Shown here piece after piece: positions 23,871-38,495 of a DNA stretch of 64,000 bases. The stretch covers positions 14,198,001 through 14,262,000 of the forward strand of contig OZ287750.1 in the NCBI GenBank assembly GCA_965649765.1. Direction: 5' to 3'. The notes under the pieces were generated by a model, which worked only from the letters and a program-made list of their open reading frames with translations, was not told where the DNA came from and searched no databases. Position 1 is the first letter of the stretch; each line of letters opens with the position of its first letter. A program made the position numbers and the translations under genes. Source of the DNA: Bispira polyomma. Lineage: Eukaryota.

Positions 23871-26800
23871 CTAGATACGACATGATCTATAACAGAAATG
23901 TCTATCGTTTTCAGACACAGGTACAGATTGTTGCTGCTCTGACACCCCTTCTAGAACTACAAATGAAACAGAATTTTCTGATGTTTTACCATCATTTAAT
24001 TCATTCTCCTTACCAGCTTCCCACCCAGGAGTTACACAACAAGTGTCAAATGTTTCACCATTCAAGCACTCCTCTACAGTGTTAATACGTTGCCCTGAAT
24101 CCACACTATCGTCTATCCCAATCAAACCAGAATCAGTTCCGGTAGTCATATTATCATCAGGTATCTGAGAAGTTTTCAACCAATTATCAAGCTTGACATG
24201 AGCAGGTTTTAACCGGTCATGATCAATATACTTGACACCAGAACTTGGTGATTTCTGAATCTGATACACTAAATCCGATACTTTTCCCACTACTAAAAAT
24301 GACCCTGTCTAGGGAAGATGAAACTTGGAACCAGTGCTTGTCTTACGAGACAAATTATGGAGAAAAACTGTGTCACCTACTTCATAGCCCTTGAAATTTT
24401 TCCTTAAATCATGTTTTTTTTCTGTCTATCACTTGACTGGAGCATTTTTTCCCTAGCTAAATCATGCACCCTATGTAGATTCTGACTTAAATCTTTGACA
24501 TAAGATACACTAGAGCCTACACTTTGTACCTCAGAAATGCCTTTCCCTAACTATAAATCAACCGGCAACTGAATATTTCTGCCAAGCATCATTCGAATTG
24601 GGCTTTCACCAATAGACTCATGTATAGAAGATCTATAGGCCATCATGACCAATGGCAGACAATCATCCCAATTCCTATGGTTCTCATCGACTACCTTGCT
24701 CAACATATCATACATAAACATAAAGTCCTGTCAAACCTCTCAACAAGCCCATCACTCTGTGGATGATAAGGTGTAGTGCGGGTTTTCTCTATCCCAAAAA
24801 CCTTACCTAATGATTGAAACAATTTAGACTCAAACTGAGCTCCTTGGTCACTATGGATTTGGCCAGGAACTCCAAACCTTGAAATAAAACCTTGTACCAA
24901 AACATCTGCGACAGTACTAGCCTCTTGATGTGGCATACCAAAAGCTTCAACCCAACGAGTGAAATAATCACCAATGACCAGGACATATCTGTTACCACGA
25001 TAACTTTCTGGTAAAGGACCTAGGATATCCAAAGCAATGCACTCTAAAGGAGCACCCACATTGTATTGCTGCATGGGACCCCTAAATTTCTACACTGGAG
25101 CCTTTCTCCTTTGACATACTGCACAACTTTTGCACCAACCTATTATGTCCCCCTTATATCCTGTCCAGTAAAACTGACTATGCACTTTTGCAAGGGTGCG
25201 CCTAATGCCTAAATGACCAGAACTGGGTTGATTGTGTAGTTGCACTAGAACCAAATTCCTTAGAGAATCAGGTAGAACTAACTGATATAACAAGCCACTT
25301 TTCCCTGTTGTCCACCACTTTCTATACAAGACACCATCCCTCAAAACTAACCTATCCTATTGGGACCAGTACGCCTTCACAATATTACTTTGAGGTGCTA
25401 TCTGAACCCACCGTGAGCCCACCGTGAGCCAACGCAATGATCCATGATCACTTCTCACAACAAACGGAACACCATTCAGATAGATATGAAAATGCTTCAA
25501 AGCATCCACAACAGCTAAAAGTTCCCTTCTAGTGACACAATAGCGTCTCTCAGTTTTTGACAATGACCTACTGTAATACCCTATGACTCTTTTACAGCCG
25601 TCTTCCTCTTGGGATAAAACAGCACCAAGACCCACTCCACTAGCATCTGTATCTAGAATGAATTTTCCTTTAGGATCAGGGTAGGCCAAAACAGTAGCTT
25701 GCACAAGTGTTTCCTTTAACTTAGAAAAGGCTTCCTTACACTCAGAATTCCACTCAAATCTAATGTTTTTTCTCAGTGAGCCTATGTAGGGGTTTGGCTA
25801 TAGTGGAGAAATTCCAAATGAATTTCCTATAGTAGGAACACAATCCTAAAAAGCTTCTAAGTTGTTTCAGGGATTTAGGAGTTGGCCAATCTGATACCGC
25901 CTCAGTTTTCTTGGTATCAGTAGCTATCCTATCCTTTGACACGAGAAATTTACTTTCCTACAAAACAAGTGACACTTCTTAGGTGACAACTTCAAACCAG
26001 CTGCTCTTAATCTACTGAAAACCTCTCTCAAATTTTGCAGATGTTCCTCAAATGTGACACCCTTAACAATGGTATATCATCCAGATAAATAAGACAAATA
26101 TCAGGGTATAACCCCTGAAAAATCCTATCCATTAGTTTATCAAAGGTACCTGGTGCATTAGTCAACCCGAATGGTATGACACAGAACTGAAACAATCCAC
26201 TTAAACTAGCAAAAGCAGTTTTCTCACGATCCTGAGGATCCATCTCTATCTGCCAATAACCACTCTGCAAATCTAATGTAGAAAACCACCTAGATTCCCT
26301 CAGGGACTCAAGACAATCTTGCGGATGTGGTAAAGGATAAGAATCTTTTATAGCTATGTCATTTAACTGGTGATAATCTATGCAGTATCTAATTGAACCA
26401 TCCTTTTTGGTAACTAACACAACAGGGGAAGCCCAGATGACTCAATCACACCTTCCTTCAACATTCTTCCTATTTCCTTACGCTCTACATGTCTCTTAGC
26501 TAAGGGTAAATGCCTAGGCCTTTGCTTTATGGGAGGATGATTTCCAGTGTTAATTTGGTGCTTGACTAGATGAGTTTGACCTCTATCAATCTTAGACACT
26601 GCAAAAAGATCACTATAAGACATAAGGAGAGATTTTACCATACACCTCTGATCCTGATCCAAATTATCAGAACAAGCCTCAAATACTGGTCCTATATGCT
26701 CAGGTAAAATCATCTCAGCATCACTCATTGAGACTGAATCAAGTTTACAACAGTCTGTCTCAGTCACTTGCCTTACATCCTGTACATGACTACAATATCC

Positions 26801-27432
26801 TAGAACTGTTTTCCCATACAACTTGACATTGCTATCTGATAGATTCATTGCCCTTACAGAAACAACTGGAGTCTTAGTGCTAACCAAAGCTCTTGCTAGA
26901 ACTATCCCTCTCTCAAAACACTTCTCAGAGGACTCTATCAACAGACTTCCAAGCAAAACAGATTCCTCCGACTGGGAAATATAACCGGGAAGAATAATTT
27001 GTGAATTTTCTGGAATTTCTACATCTTCAACCAATCTCAACTTAAAGAGAGAATCTATTTTGCATTCTAGCACACATATAACACTCTTGCCATCTCTGTG
27101 TAAAGAACTATTGGCCACATCAATCACACAATGATTACTGGACCAGAGATATTTCCCTAGGATAACAGGTTGGTCTCAGCTACAATAAAGTTATTGGTGA
27201 AAGTACCTAAACCAGTCTCCAATGGAACTGTGACTTGCCCCAATGTCTTAATCCTCTCACCGTTTGCCAATAAAATACTCTTGCTTAGTTCCCCAAGTGA
27301 AGGCCTTTGACTTGATGACATGGAATAAAATTTCTTGGGATGAAATATGGACTTGTTTGCCCCTGTATTGATCAAACAGTTAACCTCAACTCCACCTAGT
27401 CTTGCTTTCAAATACAACCCATATTCACACAT
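23871..27432 (-). pseudogene. Gypsy pol fragments (protease, RT, RNase H, integrase)
   Basis: LINTGA (degenerate DTGA), LDLQSGYWQ, PFGLTNAP, YLDD, DTDAS, HNQPSSGHLG...CAVC, DILGP...SDQGAQF...DGLVER, HDRLK. Many frameshifts and stops. Confidence 0.93.
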
Positions 27433-27449
27433 GCTAACTCTGGGCCAAG

Positions 27450-28368
27450 TGACTGTATCAGCTGAGGTATGGACCCCTACCTCCGCTTTTTCCTTTTTAA
27501 AGAATCCTTACCACCATTCTCTGTGACCTATATTCTGTACAATCAATCATAAAATGACCCCTGTTGCCACAGAAAACACAAACTTGTGAGGAATTTTGTT
27601 GCTCATTCTGATATTTCCAGCACTTCAACATTGTATGTCCTGATCGGCCACAGAAATCACACTTAGTACTCACTGAGTTTGATATACCCTGAAAAACACC
27701 TGTTTTACCAGATGTCTACTAAGTTCACCACACAAATAACACTTCTTTAAAGATCTTCCCTTAAAGGACACACAATCTGGCTTTCTACTCTTAAAAGCCG
27801 GCTTAGGGGAATCCCTAGGATCAGACTTAACAAGTCTGAGGGATTCTAACTGATTTTCTAACTCGGTTACCTTACCCTGTAAAGTATTATAATTGTCCTT
27901 TCTACTCTTAGAAGCTGGCTTAGGGGAATCCCTATGAGACTTAACAAGTCTGAGGGATTCTAACTGTTTTTCTAACTCGGTTACCTTACCCTGTAAAGTA
28001 TTATAATTGTCCTCTTCATTTTGACTAATGCATTCTATAATATTGTCTAGAGTTCTCTTTTGCCTAGTGAACCTAAATTCCTCAAACTCAATTGCAACCT
28101 TAACTGCTTCTTGAAGAGACTTTGCATGACTCTGAAACACAGCTAATTCTAAGTCTTTGTCACCTAATGCTTCTATAAAAGCGTCCTTAGCAATTCCTTC
28201 CCTTAATAAACTTGGAAGCTCACTATATGCATTCCTCACTAGTCTATTAATGTCCTGTGCTAACTCTGGTATACTTTCATTATTCTTCCTAATCCTGCTC
28301 TTAAGCTGAGCCTTATAAATCTGCTCTTGATTCTCAAGATCAAACCTATTCTCTAAAGCTTGCTTCAA
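27450..28368 (-). pseudogene. Gypsy gag (capsid region plus CCHC knuckles)
   Basis: ALENRF...KAQLKSR...ESIPELAQDI...AKDAFIEAL. Knuckles CYLCGE, CDFCGRSGHTMLKC and CVFCGNRGHFMIDC. Internal ~38-aa tandem duplication at 27781-28011. Confidence 0.85.
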
Positions 28369-28377
28369 AGTGGGGTA

Positions 28378-29089
28378 ATATCTACATTACATTAACACAA
28401 AACCTCCATTCCTGAAATAAAAGATTCACAATTATAACTCAATCATTCCCTTCCATATATCAGGTTCTACCCTGAAATAAAAAAGATAGCCGGGCTTTAC
28501 CCTACAAATTAAACCTCAGGTTTGACCCTGAAATAAAAAACCAAAAATATTATACTATATTAAACTAAACTTCAAAAACATTAAAGTATTTCTTCAGGTT
28601 TCACCCTGAAAGAAATCTCAACTAACAATATAGTAAATTAATTATTCATTCTAGAAGTATTTCTTCAGCTTTTTTCCTGAGAGAAATCTTAACTATCTTA
28701 ACTACAAAATATACCAGGTCTTACCCTGACATTTTCTATCTCAAGTGGCTGTTGGTTTTCACCCCCCTTATATACTGAATGCCCAGACAGAGGAAAACTA
28801 CTCAAACTCTGTCACACCCATGTTTGACCCAAGGCACCTGATTGGTTTAAAATTTAGTTTTCCCCAGATTTTGGAGAGACAACTTCCTTTACCATGTGAT
28901 ATGAAGTACTAAATACAAACACCCAAAAACCTTCATTTACAAGCTAAATTGACAACTTATAATGTTATAAAGGTATGTAACTAACAATTATAAGTCTTTT
29001 ACAGTAATACCAAGCCAAAATATTACCAAGCCAAAATATTACTAAATAGATAAATTATCGTAACAGCGACGATACTGTCGTACACTTCA
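28378..29089 (-). repeat. Truncated 5' LTR of the Gypsy element
   Basis: Direct repeat of 21612-22346. The inner ~500 bp of LTR, the PBS and the gag start are deleted, so it abuts gag directly. Confidence 0.88.
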
Positions 29090-29599
29090 CTCTCATATAA
29101 AGTTAAACATTTCATTCTCTGTATAGTCATAAATTAGTAATGAACTTTTTAAGATAGTGTGTTTGTTTTGATTTGATATTAATGTATTTTGTTCAACTAA
29201 ATATTATACATGGTATTGGTTTGATATTGGTCACACACTTATGTGTTCAGGTTAATAGGTCAGGCATAAGGTCAGGTATATATATATATATATGTATATA
29301 TAAAGCCAGTCAGGGTTTATCAGTGCATATAATCTGGAACTATTTACTACCATTTTGAATATGACGTTATACAAAGAAATAAAAAGTTGATAAGAGCTTA
29401 TAATTGTGCACCAGGGTTGCTCTACGATATTATCTGTCTGTATTTATTATGTTTAGAATTCGTGGGTTTAGTTTAATTATTAAAGAGGTCTAGTTGGTCT
29501 TGTACAAAATTATTGTAAAAATAAAGTCCACAATGAAATTTAATCGGCAAATAATGGACAGCACTTCAGGTAGAAGGAAGTGAAGGATTTAATTTTTCT

Positions 29600-30010
29600 T
29601 ACAAGGACTGTTTAATATGGTATTGTATTTTGCAATTTTAACCTTCCTGATTGTTACAAGGCATTTTCTATAGCGCAACAATAGAATCAATATACCAGTC
29701 CAAAAGTAAAAAAAACAAAACAACGTTGCCAATGTCTCACAGAAGGATGTGGGGGTGTACAGGGGGCATAAGCAAGTTTGAAGAGATAGGTTTTAAGTTT
29801 TCTCGTAAAATAAAATATTGTTTGTAGTGATCTAAGCTCAACTGGGAGAATATTCCAAAACTGCATTTCGTTAAATTTCACTCTGTCATTACTGGACAAA
29901 ATGTTTGAAATTTGAGACTATCTTCCTGAGTGCTGCCATCTTGGCATCTATTATTCTCCTTGTGCACTGTCTGGATTTCTATTCGATACCCCATGAAAGG
30001 TCTTTAGAAT
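29600..30010 (-). mobile_element. L2/CR1-like LINE 3' fragment (paralogous copy at ~46400-46790)
   Basis: WNILPVELRSLQTIFYFTRKLKTYLFKLAY, a classic L2/CR1 ORF2 C-terminal motif. Confidence 0.7.
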
Positions 30011-31724
30011 TTGTTTTCCTGTTGAGATTTTGTTTATTTAACAATTTTGACCCAAAAATACATTACAAACATAACACAGTTAAACAAAGATAAAACACAA
30101 TTAATAATATATATTACAACACACAATCGCCTACATGATCGACATAAAAAATATTTGTTTATACAATGTTTTTTTTTTTTTAAATATTTGTTGCTATTTA
30201 TAAGTCTTTATAATTACTTCTGAAGAAAAGAGTAATGAATCGCATCAATTTGCAATGACATTTGTTGTCTATCGCTTTCTAGCACAAATAATGTAAAGGT
30301 ACCACTTTTATATCCCAAGGCAGTAGACTGACTGCATTCCAGTGGTTTGAAGTGCCAAACCTTGTACTGCCTCCTCACACCACCAATAAACTGCATGTCA
30401 TGATAGAGTGCAAAATCATCCCTTTTTGGGTTCTCCTTACATCACTAGAATTAATATTTTGCCTCATAAACCTACTTATTCTAGTGGTACTGTAGCAGTT
30501 CACGCCTGGAATCAGCTCACTTCACAATATAAATGATTGTAAATATTAGTTTACCAAAAATAGCAAGCACAAACAATTTGGACGAGAAACTACTTAGTCA
30601 TTTATGGAATCCTCACACTAGTGTTGAAAATAACTTAACCAACAAGAAAATATTGAATCTTTCAATCTGGATGGCCGTGACCTGGAACTTTACCATTTAA
30701 AAGAGAAGAAATCAAGTTGAAAGCAGGCTCAGCATTACACAAAGGCACAATCAAGACACAATTTGCATACGTTTTACTGGAAAAAAGTAACATAGTTATT
30801 CAGCACCAAGGTCATTGCCTTTAACAGATTAATGGCACCGGAGTAATAAATGTATACTCTATACATTGCAGTGTTTCACAAAAAGCTCATGTCTTTGCAA
30901 ATTCCTTCTACCCCATTTGCTTTTGACAATTGTATTAAAGCTTACACTTCCATGTCACGATGTCGGTCAATTTTTTCATGTGCCGATCGGATATGTATTT
31001 TGTCAAACATATGCCGATTTAGGCTTCCATGCAGCCGATAATAATATGTTTTTGTGTGTCACATTTTATTGGAATCACAATTTGAAAATGAATATTCTAC
31101 TAAACGATACACCTAGCAATCTCCATATGTACCACTTTTTGTCTCCGTGACTGAAACAAACTGAAGCTTCTGCCCAGATCTGATTATATCTTTGTTCATC
31201 TAAAACATGGAAGTGCTTAGTAAATCTTGGGTTAAATAAGCGGTTGATATCAGCCGTTATACATCTGACTCATGGAAGCTTAAGCTTAGTGACCTAATCG
31301 TTTTGTAGTCATTTGGGTACAATAAAGGTTTTGATGTTTCAACTGATTTTCTACTTTGTTATTAACCCTGGATGATAATGACATTATTATAAGTGCAGGG
31401 AACCAAAACAGTAATTAAGAGGAGTTGTATTTGCACTTCACTATACAATGTCAGTCATGCCTTAATTGTTGTTGGTCATAAAATGCTTAGTCACCTTATA
31501 TGAGAGATTTTACTACAGCTGTACATAAAAAAAACACCTTTAGTGGGAATGCTACCTACCATTTTGATTGACCTGATTCTGTCTGTTATATACTAAAAAT
31601 GGCAGAAACTTCTATGGTAAATATCAACGTTCTACTTATATAGCGCCACAATGGTTGACCAGGCATCCTGCATGGCGCACATGCAATCCAATATGCAAAA
31701 GAAAAGTCCAATAGGATTGCAATT

Positions 31725-31957
31725 TAAATTTAAATTTAGTTGGGTTTTACATTGTATTCAACAGCTTAGTTCATATAACAACGGTCAGATTCAATGGTGC
31801 AAGAAATCAGTGCTGAAGCAATGTAAACTATCAACCCACAACAAGTACCCGACAAACTTTTCCACTTAAATAAAGCAACAGCATTTGAACTCACATTGGT
31901 AAGAGGTCAATTATTGTAAAGCAGGTGCTTCTAACCACTGGGCCACCACAGCCCCCA
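31725..31957 (-). mobile_element. Older degenerate tRNA-derived SINE
   Basis: Reverse complement begins GGGGCTGTGGTGGCCCAGTGGTTAG and contains GTGGAAAAGTTTGTCGGGTACTTG. Related fragments lie at ~3240-3360, ~11110-11165, ~48555-48680 and ~53810-53915. Confidence 0.6.
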
Positions 31958-32463
31958 GGAGTTTGATAAGTGGAAAAGTTTGTCATATGAGATAAATTGA
32001 GACAAGATTAATTTGAGATATCATTAATATAACATTTCCTGCCTGAAACCTATAGGTGGCCTGAGGCAATGCAATTTTAACTATATCTGCAGTCACCCAT
32101 AAGGGTACTGCCAGGCTTCTATTTTTGCATGAAATTCATGCCCAGTCATTGTTATGAGGCGATTTTTTTCTCAAATAAAAGTGGGCGACTGCCTTGATTT
32201 AGTCATTTCGTCTAAATAAGGAGATTAAGAGTCAGGTTGACAAAGCCTTTCTCTGTATGGGTGTGTTATAGAAACGGGTGGATAAAGAAGATCTTAAATC
32301 AGCATCTTTCATGATTTATAGGAAAAAATTACAAATTAATCCTCAATTACAGGTTACTTATTTAAATAAATGAACCCTGCTTATAATGAAATGAAAGAAG
32401 GGAAAAATCTGTGAACAAATATTTGATTACCACAATTTGTACAAGCCAGTATTGAAAGCAACG

Positions 32464-35079
32464 ATGAAGCAAGTAGAGAACCTCAAACGGTCAGGAATGT
32501 TCACTACACCAGCAGTAAGGAGCATCAGTGTATTACCTCTACAAAGCAAGGCATCTCTAGTAGATGACATGGACATCTATACAGCATACACATCTACAGA
32601 CCTTTACAGAGCGCTGCAACCTTTCCTTATCAATCTCAGGCTCTTTGGACTTCATCATGCGAAGAAATACAATGTAAGATTACAGGAAAACGGCTGCAAT
32701 AAGAAACCGTCAAAACATTTCTGGAAAGATATTACACTATCTCAGTGCTACTCTTATCTGATAACTCTTCTGATAATATTGAATCATCTCAGATATTACT
32801 CAGCATTTAGTAGTGGTCCAAGTTTAAGCCTGGATTTTTTCACTAAAATCCTATTTTGTGCATGGACTTTACTGTGTGCAACCAATGCTGTAGTCTGCTT
32901 AAAGGCATCGCACAGCTATGAATGTTTGCCAGAGTTTTTCTTAGAATGGCAGAAATTTCATTCAAGCGGAAATTTTTGTCTAAAATTCTGCCGCAAAAAT
33001 GCTTATGTCTATAGTGTTGTATGTTGGCTTTTAGTCATCTGCAATATGAGTTCCACTATTTACATGCTGTTCCTCACAAATCTTTATGATACTTGGTTGA
33101 CACCTTTTGATAAGTCTTCTCCTTATGTTAACGTATTATACGGAGTAAATATCTTCATTCTCTTTTACTTGACTGCTGCTTGGATATTTCCTATTGCATT
33201 GCAATATATCATCTGCAAAGTCCTTTACACAGAATTTAAGAGATTTAACACATGCTTCAGAAAACAGCAGATTGAGAACAAATATGAACTGTTTCCAGAC
33301 TTTGAGAGTATGCGGCAAAAGCACCAACGTCTTTGCAAAATTGTTGACCATGCTGATGATTTTCTGGCTTTGTATCATGCTGGTGTTGTGATGTTTACAC
33401 TGATATCAATGTGCATTAATATTTTTAGCATTATATGGCATACAGAAGTTAGAGAAAATCTTGTTATTCTGTGTGTCCATCTCTTCTGGATTAGCTGTGT
33501 TTTATTTAAAATGGCATTTGTCTGTGTGGGAGGAGCATTGATAAACCATCAGGTAAGGTTGTTAAAATTTAGTTTATCTAGTACAGTTGTCATGCTACAT
33601 TTGAAAATCTATATTTAAGCCTTTTTAAAAAATATATCCAAGACTTAAAAATTCTTTTTGCATTTGAAATGATAAAAAAGCAACAAAATACAGCAAACTC
33701 ATCTTCTAATTATTTAATTACTTCCTAGAGTAAATCTATGATGTATAATTCTGCTTTTAGTGATATAGTCCATGGTTAAGGCTTTATTTGTAGAAATATC
33801 TGGCAATCATGTTATCAGTAAATGCTAACAAGAAACAGATTATAGTTTATTAGTATACATCTATGCCAATGGCTGGTGTCTAAATAAGGATTGCTAGTCT
33901 GTCCCACCTAAGTTATGTAAATACAATTAAAGAATGTACATATTGTGTGTTTATGTTAAATATATTTTATTTGTATATATATTTAGTGTTAATATTTTCA
34001 GCTTCACAAACTGGCCATTTGAATCATTCACAGATGTTTACTTTAGTAATTATATACTCAGAGCACTGGGCAGCTATAAAACAATTTATTATTTTTTGAA
34101 ACCGGGTTTTAGACCATTCAGAAGTTTATTGCCAAGAGATATTTTCTTTGTAGACTATCCCTTCACTATCAAATAATAAACAATACTAATTGTATTTTGT
34201 GGTCTCTTTTAACAGGCCCATATCATACATGATTGGTTGTATGACTTTAACTTGGACCGAGTTTCTCCGGATCAATTTGCACAGGTAAACCATACTTATA
34301 TCTATAATTAATATAACCGATTTATATTCATCAAACAGCCACTACCATTCAAGATCCAGTTATATTTTTGGTTTTATTAAACACAATACATGTAAATAAT
34401 AAACTAAAAATGATTGGCATATCTGACTAGTTGTAATTTGTTCACTTATCTCACAAAAGCCCGCCATGCCTTTTAGACCTTATTCTATAACGGGAGATGT
34501 CTAGGCTCAATGGTAACATCATCTATGCTTGTTCCGATTTGTTTATTTAATATTTTGTGTGACCTTTTCACAGCTGAAGATATTTCAGGCACGTGTTTCG
34601 TCCGCTCAGATAGGACTAACGGCAATGAAGATGTTTATTATTGACAAACCAACCATACTAACAGTAAGACTTAAAACCTTTTTAAAAAACTATTGTGCCA
34701 TAATATATTGTGCCAAATGTTTATCACTTAGATGTTCAGTTACACTTGTAGGTATAAATACAAAACAAATCAGGTATAAAAAATTCTCAATTATTTTTGC
34801 ACAAAAACTTCAACTGAAATTTTACCAATTTTACTTTTATTGTACTTCAGAATGCAATCATATGCTTTATACAATTAAACATCTTAGATACCATATTGTA
34901 CAAATAATCGACACTGGTAAATGATATAAAATATGTTATAATTTCAGATATTTGGTCTACTGATTACCTACTTTGTGATTATTGTGCAGTTTTCAACAGC
35001 AGTTCCCAGTACGGGTGTTTATAACTGTAACTGTACATACGCCTTCTATAATGCAACATTGCAGTGTTTTACAGCATGA
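32464..35079 (+). CDS. Gustatory receptor-like (GRL/7TMIC) gene B2, ~459 aa; exons 32464-33552, 34216-34284, 34574-34663, 34948-35079
   Basis: Close paralog of B1 with the same internal and terminal exon sizes (69/90/132 nt), intact splice sites, TYFVIIVQF motif and no stops seen. Confidence 0.92.
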
Positions 35080-35935
35080 GTTTTTACACAAATACATAAC
35101 AGAGGTACAATCTCAGGTGTTGCTTGTTTTGGTGGTTGGCTTACATTGTATTGGCCAGACAAATAAATCACTTGTATATTTGGCTGTAGCCTGGGCTGGT
35201 GTTGCGGTTCAGTTGGATCAAGGTCAGCTAAAAATATAGCTTAAAGATATTCACAAGACAAGTCACAGCTAATCAAGAATTTGATCAAGCTGGATTAGGT
35301 TTTACCGAAGTTACAGCAAGTTACAAAGCATTTTAGTTGCCGACTTTGAATTGTTTTAAATGTAAGGTGTGTTGGTGTCCATCACTTCGCTGTTTGTTGT
35401 TAGAAATTATGTTTCTGTTCATTAAATGTTGATACAAAAACTTCAGCCAAACGTTCATGTTAATGCTTGAGATTGGTTAAACAAGAGCAGAATGGCCTAG
35501 CGGCCATATCATGATAATGCCCCTACAAAAAGTCCCAAAATAGTGAACCAGTCGCTAGATAGTGGTCGAGATTGACAAGGACACAGTCGCTACAGGGTTG
35601 ATTTTTAGTGGGCGATAATACAAATAAAATGATCAGAGAATGCTGTCAACGTTTTCGTCCTCATTTTAATTTTTTCTAAATCCCAAAATAAGAGATTTGC
35701 TAGCAAAACTGATGTCCATTAACAGGAAACGTACGCTAACAGGACGTTTGACGATAACATATTCTTTCGACCAACTTGAAGGTTGTATCTGTACATATTT
35801 TACTGCATATTATTGGACAAACTTCAAATATATAAGTTTCCAATTTGATGTTTTAAATAATGTGGATTGTTTTTATTTGCCCTATTTCGGAGTGGCTTTA
35901 CCCCTGTGTAACAGGGATTTAGTATTGAATTCTAA

Positions 35936-36155
35936 TTCCCCGTTCCAAAGTAAATAATTAAATTAAATTATACTTGTATATCATTAAATATGTCAGCGAG
36001 TTTTGTCGGCGGGTTCATTTGTCAATGACCTGCATGTAATTTATCTATTATTTTATATATTAGAAATCATTATTTGTGCGCGAGTTTTGGGTTAACATAA
36101 TTGTAATAATTAACAGAAAACCATAAAAAGCATTAATTTATTATGGAACGGGGAA
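35936..36155. mobile_element. Small MITE-like inverted-repeat element
   Basis: TTCCCCGTTCCAAAGTAAAT ... ATTTATTATGGAACGGGGAA. Confidence 0.4.
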
Positions 36156-38460
36156 ATAGTTTCGCCCTTTTTATTTTGCCTTTCGTTCTGATTATGGATC
36201 GTTCAGTATACCCAGATTTCTTGCGACAATAAAATATCTAATGACTGCCAAATAGATTTCACAGTAAAATATGTATGTATGATATAAAGACAGTCAATAT
36301 TCAAATTTTATTCTGTAAAATGGGTCAGAAAGTATATCAATTACTCTTTCATGTTATATAAATCTTAAAATTTTAGCTTAAGTAATTACATAGAAATCAT
36401 AATTTGATCAATGCCTAATTATCTTAATTTTTTTTAGATTTTTACAACGATTTCTGTACAAAGCTCAACTAATATTCAATGGATCTGAAAACTGTTTGGA
36501 CTGTTAAAAAGCACAGAATAATAGCTTTCTGTTGATATAAAAACGAAAATTTAGGGTTAAACATTAAAAAAGGTACTGCCATTCAATGCAGTAAATATTA
36601 AGTAAAATTCTATTTTTTTGCAGGATATTTTCGCGATACCAATTCATCATTGGTTTTAGCAACTTCTTGTGTGCTACTCTTCAAAGGCAGGCTTGAAATC
36701 CAGCCTTATTTTCATTGACTGGGTTTGCGTTCTCTGATTGGCCATAGAAATACTCTTTACTACACCCCATTCATAAAAACGGACACACGATCGTATTTCA
36801 GCCAAATCTGCGGGATAGACCCACAGGGGCTAGCTAGATCAGTGCTGCAAGTAATTTGTTTAGTCCAGGATCTTATCCCCTGAGCTAATTGGTGAACTTT
36901 GCACTAATTGACCCCTGTCTTCTCGCCATTTTTGTGGGGATATCACTTTTAGTATTGAAGTCCAAAGGGCGACAGCGCCATTTTTATTTTTTACTTTATT
37001 TTGTTTGTGATTTTAATTTTCGTTAAGTCTCTGGAACTATTCATGTTGTGCTATATAACTATATTTGGGATTGATCACACAGACGTTCTGGACACTATAG
37101 ACGAAGTCACGACTACAGTGGTGTTTTGTACTCATACTTTGAGTCTTGTGTATATGCTTGCCTGAAATCTGATAAAGGGACGTATCCCCTCATTATACTA
37201 TCATATTAAGATCTAATCTACTAATATATCTCTACATCTAAATTAATAGTCAATAGTATATACACAGGTATCAAAGCGCGAGTGTTCTTATATTATTCAG
37301 AGAAAAACAAATGGCTCCAAGAAAAACATATGATTGCCTTAAATGTGGCACAAACCATCAGAAACCTATCGATAGTAACTGTAAATGAGCAGCTAGACTG
37401 CTTGCTGACGACGAGGATGTGCCGAACTCTGCTTCGACTAGTGAAAGTCAAAGTCCTGGTGATATTAATATCCAGATACTAAATGAACTACGTGCTCTAA
37501 GTGGTCGAATGTAAAAATGATAAAACAATGAACAATGAACTTTGTACTGAGAGGTATAGTGAAAAACAATTTCATGGTAGAATTGTATATAACACTTTTG
37601 CTAACATTCAAGCCAGTGCGCACTGGAGGACAGACTGGGCTTGGTTCAAAAAGAAATCCTACGCGGACATTTTAAAAAAAAGTGGAACGCCAGGTAATTC
37701 ACAGTCAGCATGGAGCCCCGACTTCTCCAAGTCGGGGGACATCTGTAACGACCAGTCCTGCACCCCGACCTGCTGCACTGCTGCCTGATCCAGAAGATGT
37801 CCTCGTACCCACCATGGACACACTTAGATCCTCATAGAGCCTACAGACTGCTGTGGACACACGTCTCAAGGAGTTAGCTATGATAAATGAGACAGGTACG
37901 TTCAAGTCCCAGAGGGGGGGTAGTGATACGGTCTGGGTGAGGGAACAGGTCCCTTGGCCACAGAACTTTATTCTAGGTGGACATAGTAAATCTAGACTCT
38001 CGTATGATTCATTAACAATGCCCTAATGGGTCGCTGGTTTTTCAAACATCATTAGAAAAGAAAGCAATGTTGCAACCAAAAATTTAATGTTAGAGTACTT
38101 ATCGGACCTCATGGAGGACGCTCATGACTTCTCCTGGAGTGCGGCTAAGGGAAGTCATGCAGTTCTATCCTGTAAAATGGAATAGGGGAAGGTGTCATGG
38201 GACGAGTCCCGTAAACTCGACAGAATTAGGTGGGCTCATGCCCAGAGGGCAATTAATTCCAGCCAAAACTCTAGTCAAACACAAGGCCCCTCCAGGAAAA
38301 GTCATGACAAGGGTACTCCGTGCAGGTTCTTCCAAAAGGGTACTTTCCCCCCAAAAGGGGACCATGAAACTAAAGGAACTACTTATCTGCATGTGTGTAG
38401 TACTTGTATATTGAATGGGCGGTCGTTTTCCCACCCTGCAAAGGATTGCAGAAAAAATGC

Positions 38461-38495
38461 AAAAAAGGAGTAAGGCACTGCAGCAATGCAGTGCC
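38461..38495 (+). promoter_or_regulatory. Putative -1 ribosomal frameshift signal
   Basis: In-frame A_AAA_AAG, 6-nt spacer containing the gag stop, and perfect hairpin GGCACTGCA-GCAA-TGCAGTGCC. Equivalent A_AAA_AAC at 15951-15957 in copy 1. Confidence 0.6.

Larger units (their letters stand above)
21110..29089 (-). mobile_element. Ty3/Gypsy LTR retrotransposon, decayed
   Basis: TG...CA ends with a 4-bp TSD CTCT (21106-21109 / 29090-29093). Minus-strand order gag-PR-RT-RH-IN. The flanks join to match the uninterrupted paralogous sequence near 3710-3800. Confidence 0.93.
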
